A stretch of DNA of 64,000 nucleotides from the NCBI GenBank assembly GCA_963674695.2, contig CAXXGI010000002.1, positions 480,001 to 544,000 of the forward strand, given 5' to 3'. The position numbers were made by a program, and so were the translations under genes. The notes below the pieces were generated by a model. It was not told the DNA's origin and ran no database searches. It saw only the letters and a list, made by a program, of their open reading frames with translations. Below, in pieces: positions 46,747 through 61,700 of this stretch (positions are counted from its first letter, which is position 1; each line of letters starts with the position of its first letter). Origin of the DNA: a bacterium. GTDB taxonomy: Bacteria; UBA10199; 2-02-FULL-44-16; JAAZCA01.

Positions 46747-49700
46747 ATGCAGCTTAGCGAGCATTTCAGGAAATCGCGAGCCATTCGCATCATCGTCAGT
46801 ATTCTGACAATGGCGATGGTGAACCTGCCAATTCCGCGTCAAATCTGGGCCTCCCAGGCTACCCCACGCACGCCGCTGTATGCCCAGCACCTCAATATGC
46901 CCGGAACCTTCTCCACCCAGACGACGATCGAGAAGACGGCCGAGCCACAGACGATCGATGGCCTCTCAACGGTTGATACGGACATCAAGAAGCTCGGCCC
47001 GATTTCCACCGTGCGCGAGATCGACGCGACGCTCGTTCCCACCAAGACCGACGATCGGTATGCATTGGTTCCGATCGTCAAAGAGATCTCCAAGGGGCTC
47101 TTCGAGGCCGACAGCGATCAGTGTTCAGTCGTCATCGGAAAGAAGATCGAATTACTGGAGTGCAAGGGTTTCATCGTTGTCGATGGCAGCGAGGGCAAGG
47201 GCGAGGTCAAGCTCGCCGATCCGGATCATCTGCGAAAGATGCAGGAGGAGCTCGGCGAGCAGCTCGTGCTGCGCATCGATTTCACCGACCCCGAGACGGG
47301 CGCCGATCTTGTCGTCAGTGCGCGCGTGGAGACGGCGGCCGAGGAGCTGAGCGAAGAGTTGACCGATGGGCTCGGTGACGGCGAAGGTGAGGGCGAAGGC
47401 GAGGGGAGTGGAACACTTACGCAAGAGATCATCGACGGCGCGCCGCCGTCGGAAGAGCCTGCGGCGACGGGAGAGCCGACCGAGGGCACTGAGGCAGTGA
47501 CGGATGCGATTTCCGAGGGTGTGGGGGAGACGACGCCGGAGCAGACTGCGGAAAACACAGATACGGAAGCGCCCGACGATGCCGACGTCCCCGTCGAACC
47601 TGCCGAGACCGCGACGACCGAGAGCGGCGCGGAATCAGCCGAGACCGCACCGACATCGACCGAGCGCCCCGAGGGCGAGACGTCGACCGCCGATGCCGCA
47701 TCGGAATCAACACGCGAAGACACGCAGGCACCCCCTCCCGCCGAGAGCACTGCGGCACCGATCGCGCAGGCCGCGTCCGTTCCGCAAACGGAATCAGCGT
47801 TCGATCGTGTCAGCCGCGCGTTTGGCGAGTTCTTCGGCACGACTCCGTCATCGCCCACACCTGCGCTGACACCGACTGCGCCCATCGGTTCTACGAGCGG
47901 GACGTCCGCTTCGTCTGCCCTGCCATCGGCATCGACGGCATCTTCGATGCAGGCGGATGTCGGTCCGGCAGCATCACAGGCCGAAGTGCAGGCCGCACCG
48001 GAGCCAGAAGGGGGCACGCCGGTCTCTCCGCTGCCCGAAAACGTGGATGTCTCAGGGGGCACGGGTGCCACGTTCGGAACGCAGATCGATCCGGTTCGTG
48101 ACGTTCCCGATCTGTCCGCTTGTTCCTGCGTCGTCGGCGCACCCGACTCCGACAACGACGGCGTCTGCGATTCCTGCGACAACTGTGTCACCGTCCCTAA
48201 CGGCGATTGCATGAAGGATGCCGCGCGCTGTGACATCACCGGCGATGGCAAGGCCAACTCCTACGAGCGCACCGTCGGCAACCAGATGGACCGCGACAAC
48301 GACAAAGTCGGTGATGCGTGTGATAGCGATATCGACGGCGACGGCCTGCCCAACGATATTTTGGTTTTGCCCCAGAATCTCATCGGCGGGGCAAATTTTA
48401 AGGCGCGTATTGTTCGCAATAACGAGATCAAGGTTGTGGCCTATGATCCCATCAACAACGACGATCACGCAGACGAAGGTTTTGATTCCTATTTCCGCGT
48501 CAGCGCGTCGGCCCTGGGTCTCGATGAGTTTCTTTCCTGCTCACGAGGGGTGATTGCATGGGGAAGGAATGATCTCCCTGACAGCAATATTCCCGACTAC
48601 GTGGATATCATCGATACGAGTCTCGACGACTCCTTCAATCCGAACGATTCCCTTCCTGCGGGCAACTGGAAATCGACGCACAGCGGTTGGCGCGAATGGT
48701 ATTACAAATCGAATGCTTGCAGGGACAACAACCCCTTCGTTCCAAACGCTCTGGATGAGAGCGTTCCGGTCTATGAGAAGGCGGGCGATAATTCCACCGA
48801 TCGCCTCTCGCACTGGAAGAGCGCTTCGTTGCCGCAGTTCTATTATGTGAAGACGGGCGATGCATGCCCCGAAGGCGATGCGCGTTCATGTAGGGGAGGG
48901 GGAGATGCGGGCAGCAAATGTATCCGTGGCAACTGTTACAATGTCTGGCGCATACCCGACACCGAATTTGCGGTCTATTCCAAGCAGAATGTCCCTCGCG
49001 AGATCGTCGATGTGCCGGTGGAGGAGGATGTCGAGTTTAAAGATTTTGTGAGCGATATTTATTATGCTCGGTACGAAAATATGCAGCGGTCGTATTTTTC
49101 GAGCGTGGAATCATGCATTGAAGCGAAGGTGGAGGATCTCGTTCCCTGCTCATCCGATTTCAATTGGAGCGTTCCCGGATGCAGCAACTTTGACTGTCTG
49201 GGTGAGAAATTCTCTGCAGTCGATATAGGCGTTACGACTTCAGCGGAACTGGCGGATCGCTCTTTAGATTGTAGTTCCTATCCCAGCATGCTGAGGGTCT
49301 GTGCATGTGGTGCACGCCAATCTTTTTGGTATAACTGTGTAGGTGCCGTTTCGCATAATATCTATAGCGGGCAATCGAGCTTTGGTCCAGATGACGCGTG
49401 TCTCGATAGCAGGTTGCTGTACTGGCTTTGGGATTTCCAGAGCAGAAACAGTAGCTTTGAACCGAGTACATGCGGTGAGGGCGGTCTTGAAAGTAGGTTG
49501 AGGACGGAACTCAATACAAAGCGCGCTTTGATTCGTGAGAAATGGAACGAATGTGAGGCGGCTTGCACTCCAGATGGTGAATGGGCCAAAACGTGTGAAG
49601 ATGCATGGTGCCAAGATCAACGCGCGAAACTGAAATCAGATCCGTCAATACGCGAGGAGTGCGAGGAGGAGCTGCGAGAGAATAGGCTGTTTGCCCTTCG

Positions 49701-52700
49701 TGAGTGGACCGCCCAAGCCCTTCGAACGCCGTTCAGCATCAGTCCCTATATGGCGTGGGCTGGATGGGATCGCCTTGGATATTACTGGGTCCCCTTCGAC
49801 TGGGATCTCGACGGCGTCTGGGAGGTCGATGTCGATGTCAACGGCGACGGGAACGTCGATGCGGAAGACGAGGTTGTGTGGCAGAGGCGAGAAGTCGATT
49901 TCAAATTAGTCGTAGGCAGCAATCACTATATCGATATCTGTCTCGGTATGAAGGAGAATCCTCCGGACTCGCCATATTCTCTCCAAAAGTGGTGTCCCGA
50001 CATCTACGAGATCGAGAGGTTGAAATCCTCCGGCGCCATATCCTGTTCGATCGACAAACTCGGTGCCTCGGATCCGTTTGATCGGGGTTGTTGTAACGAT
50101 CTCAAGTCCTACATGGATGAGAACCGCGATCATCGCATCCTGCGCTGGATCTATATTCGCTACTGTGCAGGTATGCCGCGCCTGGAAGAGGGTAATACAT
50201 GCGCCTCTTTGCCCGCCACCATCGGCTGTGCCGCTGGCAAGTATGTTCGTCCTCTCCCCCCTGAGGAGATCAATGAGGGTGAGCCGATTCGGCCGCTGCT
50301 CTCCGACTATCTGCGCAATATCGAAAATGCATTCGATTTTCAGAATCCGAAGAACGATATCTACGTCGGCCCCGACCCGGATGGCGACGACATCCAGAAC
50401 GCATCCGATGTGAGCGCTCCCAGGTGTCGCAATAGTGTGAGCCAGAGTAGCTCGGGCGTGTGGCCGCTGGCCGCCCGGTATTGTTCGACGAACTGCAACA
50501 GAGAGAATATCGCCGAGAAGGGTCCCGTCTTCGATGGACGCGGCAGCGATGACATCTCTTATGACGCCATGCTGCCCGCGGATCGCCGTCACAACTTCTG
50601 CACCGAGTTCTGTCCGATTCCGCCCAGCGGGGAGAGTTACGACGCTTGGGCGCGCGAGCAACAAGGCTCTCTGCTGAGGGCGGGCGGCCTCTGCGAGGAT
50701 CACAGCGATTGCGGTGATGGGGCACGGTGCGTCGGGGAAGAGGGAAACAAAACCTGCAAAAATATCTTCAAGGAGACGGACCTCGTCGACATGGAGTGCA
50801 GCCGTATGCCGCGCGAGGGCTGGCCGTATCGTAGGTGTGCCCTCCAGAGTAATGGCGGGATCATCCTCGAGGATATGAATGATGGAGTATGCTCGTCGGG
50901 CCGTACGCAGGTCGATTGCTATCCTTTAGAACTCGACTCGACTCTCTGCGGTGAGAGGGTGACGGTGAAAAACTTGAGCACACCTTTCGGGATGCAGCTC
51001 ATCCATTGCTACGACCCGAATCGTCTGCCGGCTGACTGCATCGTCCCCGACCTCACGGCCGACTTCTGCCGTCGCAACTTCGAACGGACGATGGATCTCA
51101 CATACGCCCAGAAGTTCGGTTGTTTCGATAACTGTCCCGATCACTACAATCCTGACCAGAGGGATGCCGACGGTAACGGCATAGGCGATGCGTGCGACTC
51201 GACGCAGGGTGGAGTGGTTGCTAGCCAGACATGTTCAGAGAGCTTCCCGCCGTACTGGGTCGATCTCGACGGGGATGGCTTCGGCGATATCTGTGATAAC
51301 TGCCCCGCGCGCAAACAGGACGGCCAGGCCGATGCCGATGCCGACGGCATCGGCGATGCGTGCGACAACTGTGATGACGAACGCAACCCGCTCCAGAAAG
51401 ACCGCGATTGCAACATGGTGGGCGATGCGTGCGACCAGTATTGTTCCGGACCGGACGATACCTGCATGGGCGATCGGGATCTGCTCCGCGGAACAGATTT
51501 CATCCGCGGCTATTGCAAGGATTCGAAGCATCTCTACTGCGTCGAGAGTGCCTGCCGCCGCTGCGCGCCGCACCAGGTCTTGGCGGGCAGTGTCTGTATC
51601 GATCGCAACGCTTGCAATGGCGATGACGCAACGATCGAGTGCGGTGATTTCGGTGATGAAAAGATGCTCTGGGACGGCCGTGCCTGCACGCCGAAGGCGG
51701 GGTTTGCCTCCGAGATCAATGCCATCATGACCGACCGCGGCCTGCAGTGTCGCTGCCCCGATGCCGATGAAGTCTTCACGCCAGGTGAAGATGGCCAGCC
51801 TGGTTCATGCGGCACGGCTTGTACCCTCGCCGCTGCCGATTGCACGACGCGCGAGTGGAGCTGGCAGAACGATGTTCCCTACACCACCTTCTCTGCGTGC
51901 AAGGTTCCCGGCTTCGATGAAGATGCCTGTGCGTGTGCCATGAAAGACGCCGATAACGGCACGCCGTGCGGAGAGCGCGGATGGTGTGTCGGCGGGTCTT
52001 GCACCAATAATCCTGAAGACTGTGACGAGTGTGATGAGCCAGGCGGTTGTGTTGCTAACGGCCTCGTGCGCTGCTCCGATGGTTCCTGTGTGACTTCATC
52101 CGATCAGTGCGCCTGCGGCAGCGATGCCAACTGCGCGGCGAACGAGGAATGCAAAAACGGTCTCTGCCAAACGCGGCCGTGTGTAATCGATGCAAATTGT
52201 CTGCTGGGACAAATTTGTCAGGAGGAGACGAACGAACGCGGGGTCCAGGTCTCGGAGTGTCAGTATCGCACCTGCAGTGAAGGGGAACCATGTCCCGAGG
52301 GTTCCACCTGCGAGAGCGGGCAGTGCCTTCCGCAGGAGTGCCGTCGCTCCAGCGATTGTCCGACGGGGCTCATCTGCAGCGATCGTATCTGTACCAGCCC
52401 CAGCACGACCTGTACCATCGATGCCGACTGCTTCGACAACAATGAATGTACCGCCGACACCTGCAGCGATGCGGGCGTTTGCCCCTACGACGCCGTCACT
52501 GCTGGTACGTCCTGTGAAGGCGACGCGCTCTGTTCAGAAGACCTGCTGAGCCGCCTGGTCTATGTGTGTCAGGACAAGACCTGTCGCAGCACGCCGAACC
52601 CTTGCGACGGGCAGCAGCTCTGCGCACCGGCCACCGGCGCGTGTTCGAATGCGTGCGACCTCAATGCGGTCGAGGGCGAAGAGTGTGCCGCCGATGAGCG

Positions 52701-55700
52701 CTGCATCGTCGAGTCTGTCGAAGCGGCCGATGGCAGTCGGACCCAGCAGAGCCTCTGCGTCAAGGTGATCGATCAGCCCGAGGAGATGGCCGGGTTCGAC
52801 CTCGACTTCAGCATGATCGGCGCGCAGGGAACGAACGCCGTCTATTTTGATCCCGAGGATAAACGCTATAGCGAATCATTCGTCGGCGTCTCCGGCGGCG
52901 AGCACGAAGCGAGCGCGACGATCCTGGCCACGGGACTCTATGGCGATGGTCCGATTGCGCAGTTGGTGCCGGCCGATGCGCCGCTCGAACAGCTTGTCTC
53001 CGGGTGGGGATTGTTCAGGAATGATTCCCACCTCTTCCTCAGCCGAAGCGTCGTCGCCACTCCCGGCGAAGAGCTGATGGCCTATGCCTGGTTGCGCGAC
53101 GATCGCGGTGCGGGGCTTTCCCTTCCGAACGTCGGTTTTGTTGTTCCCGGAAGCGACGGCGTTGTCTCCGCGCAACAGGTGGTCTTCGATGAGAAGCCGA
53201 TCGCCGGCCTCTACCGCGCCCGCGTTTCGATTGCGGCGTCGGGTTCAATCTGTGCCTCCGTCGCTGGAGCTGAGAGCGATCTGTGTACGACGATCACCGT
53301 CGGTGGAGAACTCCCCGAAGCCGAAGTTGTAGGGACTTCCTTCGCGCGCATCGGTGCCTTTGATCGGTTAACGCTCATCTGGCCCGACTGGCAACAGGCG
53401 CCGCCAGAGGCCAAACTCACCGTCTATCGGATCGTTCGCTGCGCCCTGCCCGAGGGCGGCGCGATGCCATCAAATGATATTGAGATCGATACGGATGCTT
53501 CGCTCGGCGAGAATAGCATTACGTTTCAGGGCCTCGGCGATCCTCAAGGGAGCGATGGAATATTCACCTTCACGCCGCCGGTCGAACAAAATTGTTCCTT
53601 TGGTCCGACCTACGGTGATGTCACGTTGCCTGGTTTCACCGATATACAGACCGTCGATTTTACGATCGCCATCGCACGCCTCTGCAAGGATCAGCACGTC
53701 ATTGTCGATGAGCGCGGTGAGCAGATCAATTCCCTCATGATCCGCCCGGTGCATCACGACCAGGATATCCTGGATCTGACTCCCTTCTGCAGTGCAGATG
53801 AGAATCAGGATGGGGAGGAGGAGGGATGGACGGGACGCAGATACTGCCGGTATGAAGGACAGACCTGCGACGATGTTGAGGCCTTGCGTCGCTATCGGTG
53901 TTCGACTCCCGAAGACATGATCGACATCCGCTATCAGATGCGGCGCCTGCGCATCATGATCTACGGTTCTGCGGGTGAACCCTACGATGTGACCGATCAG
54001 GTCACCTGTACAGCCGCGGATGACGCCATCGTGCGCTTCGATCCGCGCTGGCCCTGCATGGCGCTGGTGCGCTATCGCGATGGAGAGTCCGAGTCGGCGC
54101 GGGCCGATCTCATGATCAACTTCGGCGGCGATGAGGTGACGAAGAGCGATTTCTTCACGGTCAACAATCCGAATGATATGGACGGCATCTACGTCGATCG
54201 CCTCGACATCCGCATCGGCGCGTCAGTTGCGCTTGAAGAGGATCCGGAACCGCTTCGAGCCTATACACCGATCGATGCGGTGGCATCGGTCACCAACTTC
54301 ACCGAGACGATCCACCCTGATGGCGTTCCGGTGAAACTCTGGGTCGTGCCCGACGCGGAGCGTTCGCCGGACGTTGCCGAATGGGAGGTCACCCCGCTCA
54401 TCGAGCTGGGCGTCGTCGATGTAGAGGCGGGGCGTAGCTATCAGGACGAGATTGCTCTCCTGCAGAGCCAGGAGCTCAATATCTTCCGGTACGAGAACGA
54501 TCCGCAGCGCGGTCCGGTGATCAAGGTGAGCCCGATCGGCGACATGCTCTACACCGGCGGTGCGGTCGCGCGCGAATTCAAGACGGTGCAGGCCCCCTAC
54601 AACTTCAAGTGGGGCACGGGGATCATCAGCGCCAACCTCGGCACCGGAAAACTCATCGCCTTCGAGGCCCCCGAGTGGGAGGAGGGCGAGACCGACTTCG
54701 GTACGGAGCAGATGCTCGGCGCGTCGAGAAAGGTGCATCTCTTCTACAGGCCGGCCGAAGGTGCGGAGGATGATGAGACGCAGGTCTATCTGGAATTTAT
54801 CAGTCCGAAGGCCTCCAGCGCGCGCCTCTTTGGAAAACTCAAACTCACGAACCTGCCACCCGCCGACTGGACGATCACGCCTTCGCGCGTGCTCCCCTGG
54901 GCGATGATCACTGCCGGTGAGCACATCGGCTCGCTTATCACCGAGGGAACACTCGAAGCGCTCGGGCAGACCGACTTTGATCTCGAAATGCTCCTTGCAG
55001 GTGATGAAGCGGCGGCGCGTGCAGCCATCTTGCAAGCGTTTCCGGATAAAACGAATGAGGAACGCGAAGCGATTCAACGTGACCTCAAGGCCTATGGCCA
55101 GGCCATGATCGATGCCCTCGACGCCATGCGCATCTTGGAGGAGCAGGGTGTCGACGGCGATGACTCCAGCCCGATCTTCAATATATCGCTCAAAAGCTGG
55201 CTTGTAGAGCCTGTGATGTCTGAGGTGGATGGGGTCGAAGTTGTTGAGACCCCCGGCGTTCCTCTCAATCGCGATACGTTCTCGCGCCTCTTTCCCGAAT
55301 CGAACGGACATTGTGCCCCCTACTTCATGCCCTTCCTGCGCGACATTCTCCTGGTCATGGCGCCGCTCTTCGGCACGCCGCTCGATGCACGCATCGCCGA
55401 GCGTCTGAGTCGTTTTGAGATCTGCGTCAATCCGGTCAACGAGGATGATCAATGTAACGTCGAGGATGGCTGCGCAGGCGATGCCGAGTGCGTCGAGGTG
55501 GAAGACGGCGAAGGATATTGTGTCGAGGTCTGCCCAGCCGAAACGTTCTGGAACGGCTGGGAGTGCGAGTCGGGCGAGCCGACTTCATGTACGGAGGATG
55601 AGGCGTGCATCGCCGTCGGTCTGGAATACTGTGAAGGCGGCATCTGCCGCGAATGTCCTCCGGGGCAGTATCGTCAGAATGGGATGTGCGTCACCTGCGA

Positions 55701-58700
55701 GGGAGTTACCCCGCAGCCGCCTGAGTGCACCGACGATCGCATGTGTACGCTCGATGCCGAGTGCAGCGATGATGACATCTGTACGAACGACACCTGCGGT
55801 CAGTCCTATCCGGGCTACTGCGACGGTTCGGTTCAGATTCCTCGTTGTGGAAATGACTGCGACGATGAACACCCATGCGGCAATGGCCTCGTCTGCACCG
55901 GCGGCCAGTGCATTCCCACCGATATCCCCTGCGACGCCAGCGCTGACTGCGACGATGGGAATGCCTGCACCACCGATGTCTGTGCTGAAGATGGCACCTG
56001 CGCCTATACCGAGACCACCTGTCCGGAGGGTGAGAGCTGCAACCGGGTCACCGGCCAATGTGCAGTGAGTTGCCCTGTGGGTGAGATCTATCACGAGGCC
56101 GATCATACGTGCAGTCACCTCGTCGATGGCGCGCTCGTCGAATTTTCAGCGACGGCCGGCACGGGTCAGTGGAGCGGCCAGACGACATCAGTCGGCGTTG
56201 GCGCCTATGAAGGCCCGATCGTCGGCATGACCATTCCGGCTGCGCTTACCATTCCCGGCAAGAGCGTCTCCGCTCTCTCCGGCGGCGTGATCGGCAGCGC
56301 GGCGGTGACGATTCCAAACGTGCCCGCAAACATCCGCCTCCTGCTCTCTCGTGAAGAGGTCTTTGAAGAGGATCGCAGTCTCGGTCGCGATGCCGCGCGG
56401 CGCCTGAAGGCCTATGCCTTCGTGACCGACGCAAACGGCCAGCCGGTCGAGGGCTTGACCGACGTTGTTTTTACAAAGAACGGGACGCCGCTTCAAAAGA
56501 CGCAGGGTCAGGATCAGCGCCAGGGCCTCTACTATCAGCTCATCGATGGGATCGATGGGGCGAGCTCCATCGCGGTGAGCGCGGGATCCGTTGCGGCAGC
56601 GCCGCAGGAGGTTGCGTTCGTTTCGGATCCGGATGTTGTGTCGCTTCCGAACGATTGGGATGTGTTGCTCGACCTTCCGCGCCGCACGCTCTATCGGGGC
56701 CAGGAGTTTACGATCCCTGTGCGCGTGAATACCGGTGATCAGTTTGGTGTCATGGCGTTCAACTTCCCCGTCGCCTTCGATGCTGATGCCTTTGAATTCG
56801 TTCGCGTTGAAAAGGGGAGCGGCGGCGCATACCTCATGGACCTGCAGCAGCCGACTGCGCAGGGGGGACAGGTTGTCGTCAACGGGGCCAAGGATCCGCA
56901 AAAGGTTGCGACGCTGGGCGATGATGTGGAACTCATTCGTCTCGTCTTCCGCGTGCAGGATGATGAAGCGACGGTGGTCGCATCCCCACGCCTCTTCACC
57001 GCTACGGCGAATCAGCTCTATTCGATGCAGGTCATCCCGGGCCAGGGCAATCCCAACCATGGAAATGGAAAGGTGATGCAGGTCCTGGATCGCACGGGGA
57101 TTTCGAATGCTGGCGTGGTCGTCGTGGAGCCCGAGGCGTATCTGGGCTTGGCGGCTTATATCGAGGACAACGATTGGGTCGACTATCGGCAGGTCAACCA
57201 GGCACGCGTACCTCCAGCGAGCGTGGTATGGATTAAGGGTGTCAGTACGCGCACGCAGGCGCCGACGGATCTGGTGGCCAACGGCGTTGTTTCGATTGCG
57301 AGTCTCACGGGCGAACCGGAAAACGCGGGCCTCGCCTTTGCGCCGGAAGGTGCCGGCCTGGGTATCAGCCTGGCACCGAATGTCCACAGCTCTCAATCGT
57401 TTGCCGTTCGTCATGGTACATCCGAGATCGAAGTACCCATCAGTGTCACCGCGATTTCGTCGTCCGATCTCCAATTCGAACCGGCATCGAGGAGCATCAC
57501 CCTTGGTCGTCTAGCTGAGGGAATCTATGAGCCGATTCAGATTCGGGCAAAGGCGGAAAAGAATGGAACGACATATGACGTCACCGATGTGATCTCCTGT
57601 CAGGCCACAGGCCCCGCGACGGTTCACGATGGGTGCATCATCGAACCGTCGGCCATCGGTCCGATCTCCCTTGTCCTTGCAGAAGATCAATCATTTGCCC
57701 TCACGGTGGCCGATAGCCCGGTGACGATCGAAGGTGATCTCAATGTCGCGATCGTCGGCTCTCTGGATGTGCAAAAGGTAAACGGCACGGCGGTTGGCGA
57801 TGAACCCATCGAGGTCGCAGGGGGCGTTGCGCGCGTGACGGCAGAAGCGACGAATATCTTCGGCGCGAAGGTTGCCTCTCCCGTTCGCGTGACGGCCAAT
57901 TTCTCGTCCGGTCGCACGGTGGATGTGACGCCGATCGTGGCCGGTTCGCTCGAGCTTCGCGGTCAGGGTGAAGCGGTGCCTTCACTCGCTCCGGTTTCGG
58001 GCGAGCCCGGAATGTTCGAAGTGGTGGCACCAGGGATCAGTTTTATCGATGCCCGCTTCGGGGACGCGATGGGCACGGGCGTGGCGGTGGTCGACCTGGG
58101 TGAGGCGAGCTTCGAGGTGACTCCGATGGCGGCAGCGAGTCACGGGTGCAGTCCCGCTGATGCCGAGGATCGCTCCTGCAAGCTTACTCCTGCAGATGAC
58201 TGGGCACGGCCCATTCGCGACTATGGCGCGACCATCGATTTTACAGCGCAACTTACGTATGAAGCGGATCCGGAGCATCCCTTCGATGTGACGCAGGGCG
58301 CTGCATTCGAGGTCGAGGCGATCGATGGGAATCACATCGTCGTTGAGGCGGTCGCTGGCGTGAATGGTCGCTTTGCGGTCAGCGCCGGTGCCGCGCATGG
58401 CGCGAGTCTTGTCACAGCGAGCTATGCGGGGATGACCTCCTCGTGGATCGTTTTGGTGACGGGGATCGACGAGTTCCGCATCGATCTCTTCGAGGACTTC
58501 GATCCGCTCACGACCGACGATCCGCGTTTCGTTGCATTTACGGGCGATCCCGTCGCGGACGCCGACTTTCAGTTGATCCAGGATATCGATTACCAACGCG
58601 GTCGCGCCAAGGTGATGGGGCGCTGGACCGATGGGTCGTGGATGAATCTGACGCGCGAACCGGGCGCGGTGAATCTGGTTTCACTCACCAGTGAAGTCGT

Positions 58701-61700
58701 TGGCATTCCCATCGCCTGGACGACGGCTGCGGAGTATGTCCTGGTTCACCCGCAGGCCGATGGCAGCGGTGACCTGGTCGTGTCGGTGCCCACGGCACCC
58801 GATGCGCCTACGGTGAGAAAGGCCGTGAGCGCGGGTGGAACGATTGCCGTGAATGCGATCGCGATCCTGCCCGGCGGCGGCGCGAACCGCGAGCCGATCG
58901 ATGCCTTTGACGGAACGATCTCGGCCATCAAAGATGCCTCCGCGGACCTGCGCGTCGGCATCAGGATGGCCGATGACACGCGCTTCCTCGCGGCCAAGGA
59001 CGGTGCACAGACGGTGACAGGCGAGACGCAATCGCTGCTCTCATTCGCCCGGAGCGATATTCCCTTTGCGAATGATTCGGACGATCGCTCCATGGCCGTC
59101 GATGTGACCGAGGGCGCGGGCGATCCGAACGGCGTCGTCGTCCGCGCCAATGGTGCGGCGAATATCACGGTCTCGGCGATCGGCAATGCCACGACGGGTG
59201 AGACGCCCTACGCCATCAACCTTCTGCCTGCAATCGGGGATGTTGACCTGGGTGTCGATATCGTCAATGGCATCGACATCGGTCGTTTCATTCCGGTGTT
59301 GGCCTCGGGGGGAAGAAAGACCGTCGAAGTCTTCGTCAACACGGGTGCGGCGCAGCTCAAAGGATATGATTTTGAGTTCTTCTATGATGCGCGGGTCTTC
59401 AGCATTGAGGAGATCAGACCAAATATTACGGGTGTCTTTACGGGTAACCGTCTCGAACCCGAGGGCGCCACGGGTGATGAATCCGGCCACCTGCTCATCA
59501 ACGGCATCGCCGATCCAGCGGTTGGGCCGGGGCGCGTCAAGATCGCCGAATTCGATATTCGTGCGGTCAAAAGTGACGTCAAGATAACGCACGTGACGGG
59601 ATTTGTGAATGCCCTGAGCGATGTGAGCGGTGCGCCGATAGGTACCGCCGGCCGGCATGCCATCGTTGCGGGCGACGGCTACGTCGATCCGGTCAATGTG
59701 CCGCGCGGCAACCTCGCTCCGGAAGACGATTCCTTCGATATCAACGACATCATCATGGTTGCCGAGTTCGACCAGGGGGCTCGCCCATTCGATGACGAGC
59801 AGCAGGCAGCGGCCGACTATTCGCACTCCGGTCTGCCCATCGACAGCCTCGATGTGGCGAAGGGTTCCGAGCTGCTCGCACTCCTCAATCACTTCGTCGA
59901 TCTTGAAGCGACTGTAAATGAAGACGGAACCGCACGGCTCTCCTTCGCGATCATCAATCGCTATGGCCAGTTTGTGGCGGACGCACAGTATGTGCGCTTG
60001 CGCCTCATCGTAGGTGGTGAAGGGACGTTTGAGATCGTCCAGCCGGCAGAGGACGATGGCACCTATTTGGCGGTGGTTGATGGTGATCGGTATGTCTTGA
60101 ATATTCGAAATGCCGAACCGGGTGCCCGGGCGCAGATCGATGCGATGCTCGAGGTGGTCGATACGAACGATCCCGATCGCGTGACGATCAACGCGATCAA
60201 TTTCGGCGTCGTGCAGTTTACAAATACGCCTGGCTGCGATGTCGATTCCGATTGTCCGCAGGAACCGGAGATAATGGTCTGTATCGACGGCAGTTGTGAA
60301 GAACCAATCCCATGTGAAAACGATGATGAATGTAACGGCGCCGGCTACGATTTCTGCGACGAGATCGAAGGCGTCTGCCGTTCCTGCCCCGAGGGCGAGT
60401 TCTTCGATGGAGAGGCCTGTGTTCCGGGTACGGGCTGCGACACCGATCTCGACTGTCCCGATGATCAGGTCTGTTACGAGGACGCCTGCGTCGTTCCGGT
60501 CGAATGCTCCTCTGCCGAGACCGTGAATGCCCCCTGCACCGATGACAATCCCTGCACCGAGAACGATAAATGCCAGGCGGACAACTCGTGCGTCGGAACG
60601 CCTGTCACCTGCCAAGCTGAAAACGGATGTCAGGTGGCAGCCAATGACGGTGCGTGCGACGAGACGTTCGGGTGTACATACGTCTCCGACTGTCCCGACG
60701 AGAACCAAATCTGCACGCCGGCAGGACAGTGCGAAGAACCGCAGGCCTGCGTGGTCGGTGAGTCCGGTCAGACCTGTCAGCCGGATCCGGAAGACATCTG
60801 CATGGTCGGCGAGTGCCTCGATGATGGAACATGCGGCGAAGCGAGTGCCATGCACGATGGGACCGAATGCGGCGAGAACGCCCTCTGTCAGGGCGGCGAG
60901 TGCCGCGAGCGTTGCACGATCGATGTCGAGTGCGACGACGGCCTCTTCTGCAACGGGACCGAGAGCTGTGCCGATGGTCTGTGCGCGGCGGGCACGCCGG
61001 TCGCGTGCAACGGCGATCAGATCTGCAACGAGATCACCGATGCGTGTGAGGAGCCGATCGATTGTACCGGCGATGATGGCTGTCAGCCCGAGGAAGATGC
61101 GGTTTGTTACGCCGGCAGCTGTGTGGAGATGACGGGCGAACCGCTCTCAGGCCACTGCCAGTTCGATGCAGTTTCGGATGGGACGGAGTGCATGACGGCA
61201 ACGATCGCCGCGGGCCAGTGTCTGGCCGGCAACTGCCGTCCGGTCTGCCAGACGCAGGGCGACTGCCCCGACGAGAGCGATCACTGTCTCGAGGGCGTCT
61301 GCGATGCGTGTCCGGAAGGAACGACCTGGTATCAGACCGGTGCCGATACCGGCGAATGCCGCGTGATCGTCGATGGCTGTACAGCCGATACGATCGGCGC
61401 GGCGTGTGATGATACAAAAATTTGCACCGTGAATGATGTTTGTCAGGCGGACGGCATCACCTGTGCGGGTACAGCTTTCTCTTGTGATGATGGCCTCGGT
61501 TGCACCACGAACAATACCTGCGATCCGACCCTCGGATGTACCTATGTCTCTCTCTGCGATGCGGATGAGCTCTGTCTCGCAACGGGTACTGCACCGAACG
61601 GCCAGTGCGTGCCCACGGTTCTGGATTGTAACGGTCAGGCGATAGGAAGCACCTGCGCGATCGAGGACGATCGCTGCCGCGTCGGCGCATGCGTCGTCGA

